64,000 bases of DNA from assembly GCA_010909165.1 (NCBI GenBank), contig VJWM01000235.1, forward strand, positions 124,001 to 188,000, given 5' to 3'. The translations under genes and the position numbers were made by a program. Source of the DNA: Anthoceros angustus. Lineage: Eukaryota; Plantae; Anthocerotophyta. Shown piece by piece: positions 60,900-64,000 of the stretch; the stretch's first letter is position 1, and each line of letters opens with the position of its first letter. The notes beneath the pieces are model-generated. The model searched no databases. It had not been told where the DNA came from and worked only from the letters and a program-made list of their open reading frames with translations.

Positions 60900-62170
60900 T
60901 TCCAGGCGGGAATTGACTTGGTGGCCAGTGCGATTCACGGGCTGGTTGTGGGTGTGGGAGGGGGCCTACCCTGCACCGTGATGGAGTGCGGGGATGTGGT
61001 GCACCGAAGCACCTTGCCGTCGCAGGGGTTTCAGGTGACCGCCCCGGGGGTGCTGCTGTCGCTGCTGCAGCGGCTCAGGATCTGCGACTGGGCAAGAGGG
61101 AGCCTTCGGGACGGTGTTCAAGGCATCCGTGGTGGGTGAGGGGGCTGAGGAGCTCATTGTGAAGAAGGCGAGCGAGTATGGTTCCGTGGAGGTGTGGAGG
61201 ACCCAGCGGGTGCACAGGGCCTGTCCCGACAGCTGCGCCGAGTTCGTGCACGGCTTTGCGGACAGCTCCGACCAGGGCAGGGGTTTGATCAGCATGATCA
61301 TGCGCGTCATTTTGCGCCAGATCGTGCTGGCCATCGGCCAGTTGCACAAGACGGGAATCGATGTTCCGGGACATCAAGCCCCAGAACATCATCTTCTCCC
61401 TGGGCTCCAACCGCTTTAAGATTATCGACTTGGGCGCTGCTGCGGATTTGCGGGTGGGCATCAACTACGTGCCCAAGGAGTTCCTGCTGGATCCCCGCTA
61501 CGCCGCTCGGGAGCAGTACATCATGAGCACGCAGACCTCGTCTGCTCCGCCAGCCCCCGTGGCCACCTTCCTGGCGCCTGTCTCGTGGCAGACGAATCTC
61601 TGCAGAAATATCAGCCCCGCGCTGTAGACTGTTCCCAAACATCAGGTCCGACACCGGCCTCATTGCTTTCAACAGACAGCTCAAGCGCTGCGAGTACGAC
61701 CTGGAAGCGTAGATGGAGATGGCGGGGAAGCGGGCATCTGCGCATGTGCAGAAAGGGCTGGAGATCATGAGCCTGGACGGCGGACTGGGATGGGAACTGG
61801 TGTAGGAGATGATCTGCTTCAAGGGCAGGCAACGCATGAGCGCCAAGGAGGCTCTGGCGCACCCCTATCTCGAAACGGCTGGGCTGCTGCCCACCTCATT
61901 TTCGCAGCGACTGCGAATCAAGCTCCTGCGCGCTGGCGACGAGGAGGAGAGCGTGTTTTCCCGGTGGGTTCAAAGCCTCATGGCCAAGGCCGGAACCAGA
62001 ACTGTTGGGGGCTTCACCGAAGCCCAGTTGCAGGAGCTGGTGAAGCAGTCACCTAATGAGGCCACACCGCCTCGCAATGCCTGGGCCTCTCTTCTGCGTT
62101 GTAAGAGGCAGGTTACGCGTACTGTAGATGCAACAGTGGACGACCTTCGCAACGCGAAAAGGTTCCCCTT
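60900..62170 (+). pseudogene. STN7: STN7-like thylakoid state-transition kinase, intronless, frameshifted and internally deleted
   Basis: 'GGGLPCTVMECGD', 'VKKASEYGSVEVW', 'RACPDSCAEFVHGF', '[11 protein letters not shown]', '[30 protein letters not shown]', 'FNRQLKRCEYDL', 'GGFTEAQLQEL'. The transmembrane segment and part of the kinase are absent. Confidence 0.88.
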
Positions 62171-62497
62171 CTCCCTTCTGGTGGTCCTGACTGCCAACTC
62201 ACTCTGTTGCGCGGCATTGCAATGGGTTGCGTTCCTGTACACTGGTACAACAAACTTCGATTTCTGTGTGTTACATGCTGATCCACCTCCTGGTTCCGGA
62301 GGCGGAAAAGGCTTGTCATTGACCTTCACACCCGACATGTGAGATTCGTGCGGCTTCCATGAATTGGAAGAAACGTATCAAGTACGTCCCCTGACGTGCC
62401 TTTCCTGACACATATCTGCTCCAGATATGAAGATCTCGTTGCGCAAGGACTGAATTTCGAGCTTCACAAGCATCTACTAGGGGAAACAACAAGTGGT

Positions 62498-63281
62498 CTA
62501 CCTGATACAAGTGGAAAACCACAAAACTTCGTTCAGATTCTCCAGCTTTGCCTTCTCTCTGTCCTTGGGATAAGTGAAGTACAAAAGGTTAACCATGAGA
62601 ATCACAAGGAGGAAGGGGAATGTGATCATGGAAAATAGCCCCTTTGCCAGAGCCCGAGCATTGCCCAGGTCGGGAGTGAGCGAGGACTCGTCAAAAACAT
62701 GTCCAAAAAAGCCGCTATGCACGAAGACCTACCAGTGGCGTCCCAGCTGCTGCTATGGACTTCTCTAGGGTCAAGTCAATAGCATACACAGTGGTGTGCC
62801 GATCAGTGGGCACTATTTCCGCAAATATGGGCCAGTTAGTGGCTGGTGAGTTCCAGGACATGAAAAAACCCAGGGGAAAAAGAATGCTCGAGCCCGTAGA
62901 GCCATCCGTAAATGACTCTCTGCGGCACAACAAGCAGCAAAAGGCGGACAAGGGGATGCCAGACCCGGCATTGTACTCACGTGAGCATAAGATACGACCC
63001 GCGTTTGGGGCTATGCGTGAATATAAATCTACCAGCCAGCCTCCTAAGACGGAACCGAACATATTGCCTATGGACAAAAGAGCAACCAGAAGAGCGGCCG
63101 AACCATGACCAAATCCCAGCCGTTCCAGCCAAAGAGTGAAGAATGCCATGGCATTCCAAGGAACCGGCCCAACTCCTTGGCCTACAATAACTTGGAACGT
63201 AGGGACTTTCAGGACTTTTCTTGTGCCCTTCCATAACTCCTTCAACTGTAACTTGTAATGAGCTGTCAAGGAGGCATACAT
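62498..63281 (-). pseudogene. C-terminal half of a plant MFS (spinster-like/UNE2-like) transporter
   Basis: 'VLKVPTFQVIVGQGV..PWNAMAFFTLWLE', 'SWNSPATNWPIFAEIVP', 'NARALAKGL...YFTYPKDRE'. Frameshift near 62720. No N-terminal half upstream. Confidence 0.82.
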
Positions 63282-63297
63282 TGGTCCTGCCAGTCCC

Positions 63298-63878
63298 TTA
63301 CAGCGGAGGAGTTTTGGGACGTGGATATATGCATCTAGATTCCTGTGTTCGCAGAAGTACAGAAGCTTCCGGGCTACCTCGATTGGTTGCTACCTCCTGC
63401 ACAACTGCTGCAACCTCCCTCCCGAAAAATCCCAGGAAAAATCGCCTGTACAAGTCCTTCCCAAACCTGACACTTTCCACATAGGTTGATGGGTTGCGGC
63501 AGCTCTGGGCCATGCGAACTAAGGAAGCTGTATGGCACGTCTCGCTGCTCGATAGAGCATATCCTCCACGGGACTGAGAGATGAGTCGCAACACCTCTGC
63601 CGACAGGCGCAAGCTGCTGGACCAAGAACATGAGAGAGCTCCAACTCAGAAATGTTAATCGTGACTGTGGGCGCCGTTCTCGCCCAGTACCTGAAGTCGT
63701 TTTCATCTGGCTTATAGAAGAACTTTCGACCAGAGCTGTCAGTGCCCTTGGTGACATCAAAAACATATTCTAGCATGCCCCTACAATGTAGGAATTCGCT
63801 GATTTCAGCAGTGCCAGTCAGTCTCCAGTCTTTTTGTTGTAAACTTGCAAACTTTTGTTCTACCCTTGCCAAAGTAAT
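63298..63878 (-). other. Probable last coding exon of an unidentified gene (frameshifted)
   Basis: Overlapping protein-like ORFs 63519-63872 and 63298-63612, with an acceptor-like CTCCAG at ~63879-63884. No family recognised. Confidence 0.35.
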
Positions 63879-64000
63879 CTGGAGTTGTTAAACCTTGTCG
63901 TTCAGGTCCTCTTCCATGGAGTTAGCTCAACAAAATCAGCAAACCACACATCCACACATGTTAGTACAAACCCTAAGCCTGGACCAACCACTTACAGTCC

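Overview
Eukaryotic nuclear DNA from a streptophyte plant, probably a compact non-seed land plant (short GT-AG introns; plant-type HAC1, PRP40C, SAC and STN7). The species is inferred, not established. Bases 1-32.6 kb are a nested transposon island. A Ty3/Gypsy element on the + strand (5062-14158) sits inside the RT of a related element on the - strand. Next come an LTR-type fragment with a coiled-coil ORF, a Ty1/Copia RT-RNaseH, several LTR copies and CACTA fragments. Bases 33.9-58 kb are a gene-dense block: an intronless SAC/FIG4 phosphoinositide phosphatase, a SpoU/TrmH-fold gene, PRP40C and HAC1 (CBP/p300). Bases 60-64 kb hold a non-LTR retrotransposon 3' remnant and broken STN7, MFS and unknown gene pieces. 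The top finding is a Gypsy-type element (24789-29234) whose polyprotein reads gag - zinc knuckle - aspartic protease - C5 cytosine DNA methyltransferase (motifs I, II, III, IV, VI, VIII, IX, X in order, split across frames and so not visible as one ORF) - PHD-like tail, with no RT, RNaseH or integrase. The second finding is a probable spliced fusion of a transposase-type HTH exon to a SpoU domain whose catalytic residues are substituted. The repeat regions are dense in 1-2 bp indels, so some frameshifts may be assembly errors. All domain calls come from motif recognition by eye, and no database search was run.
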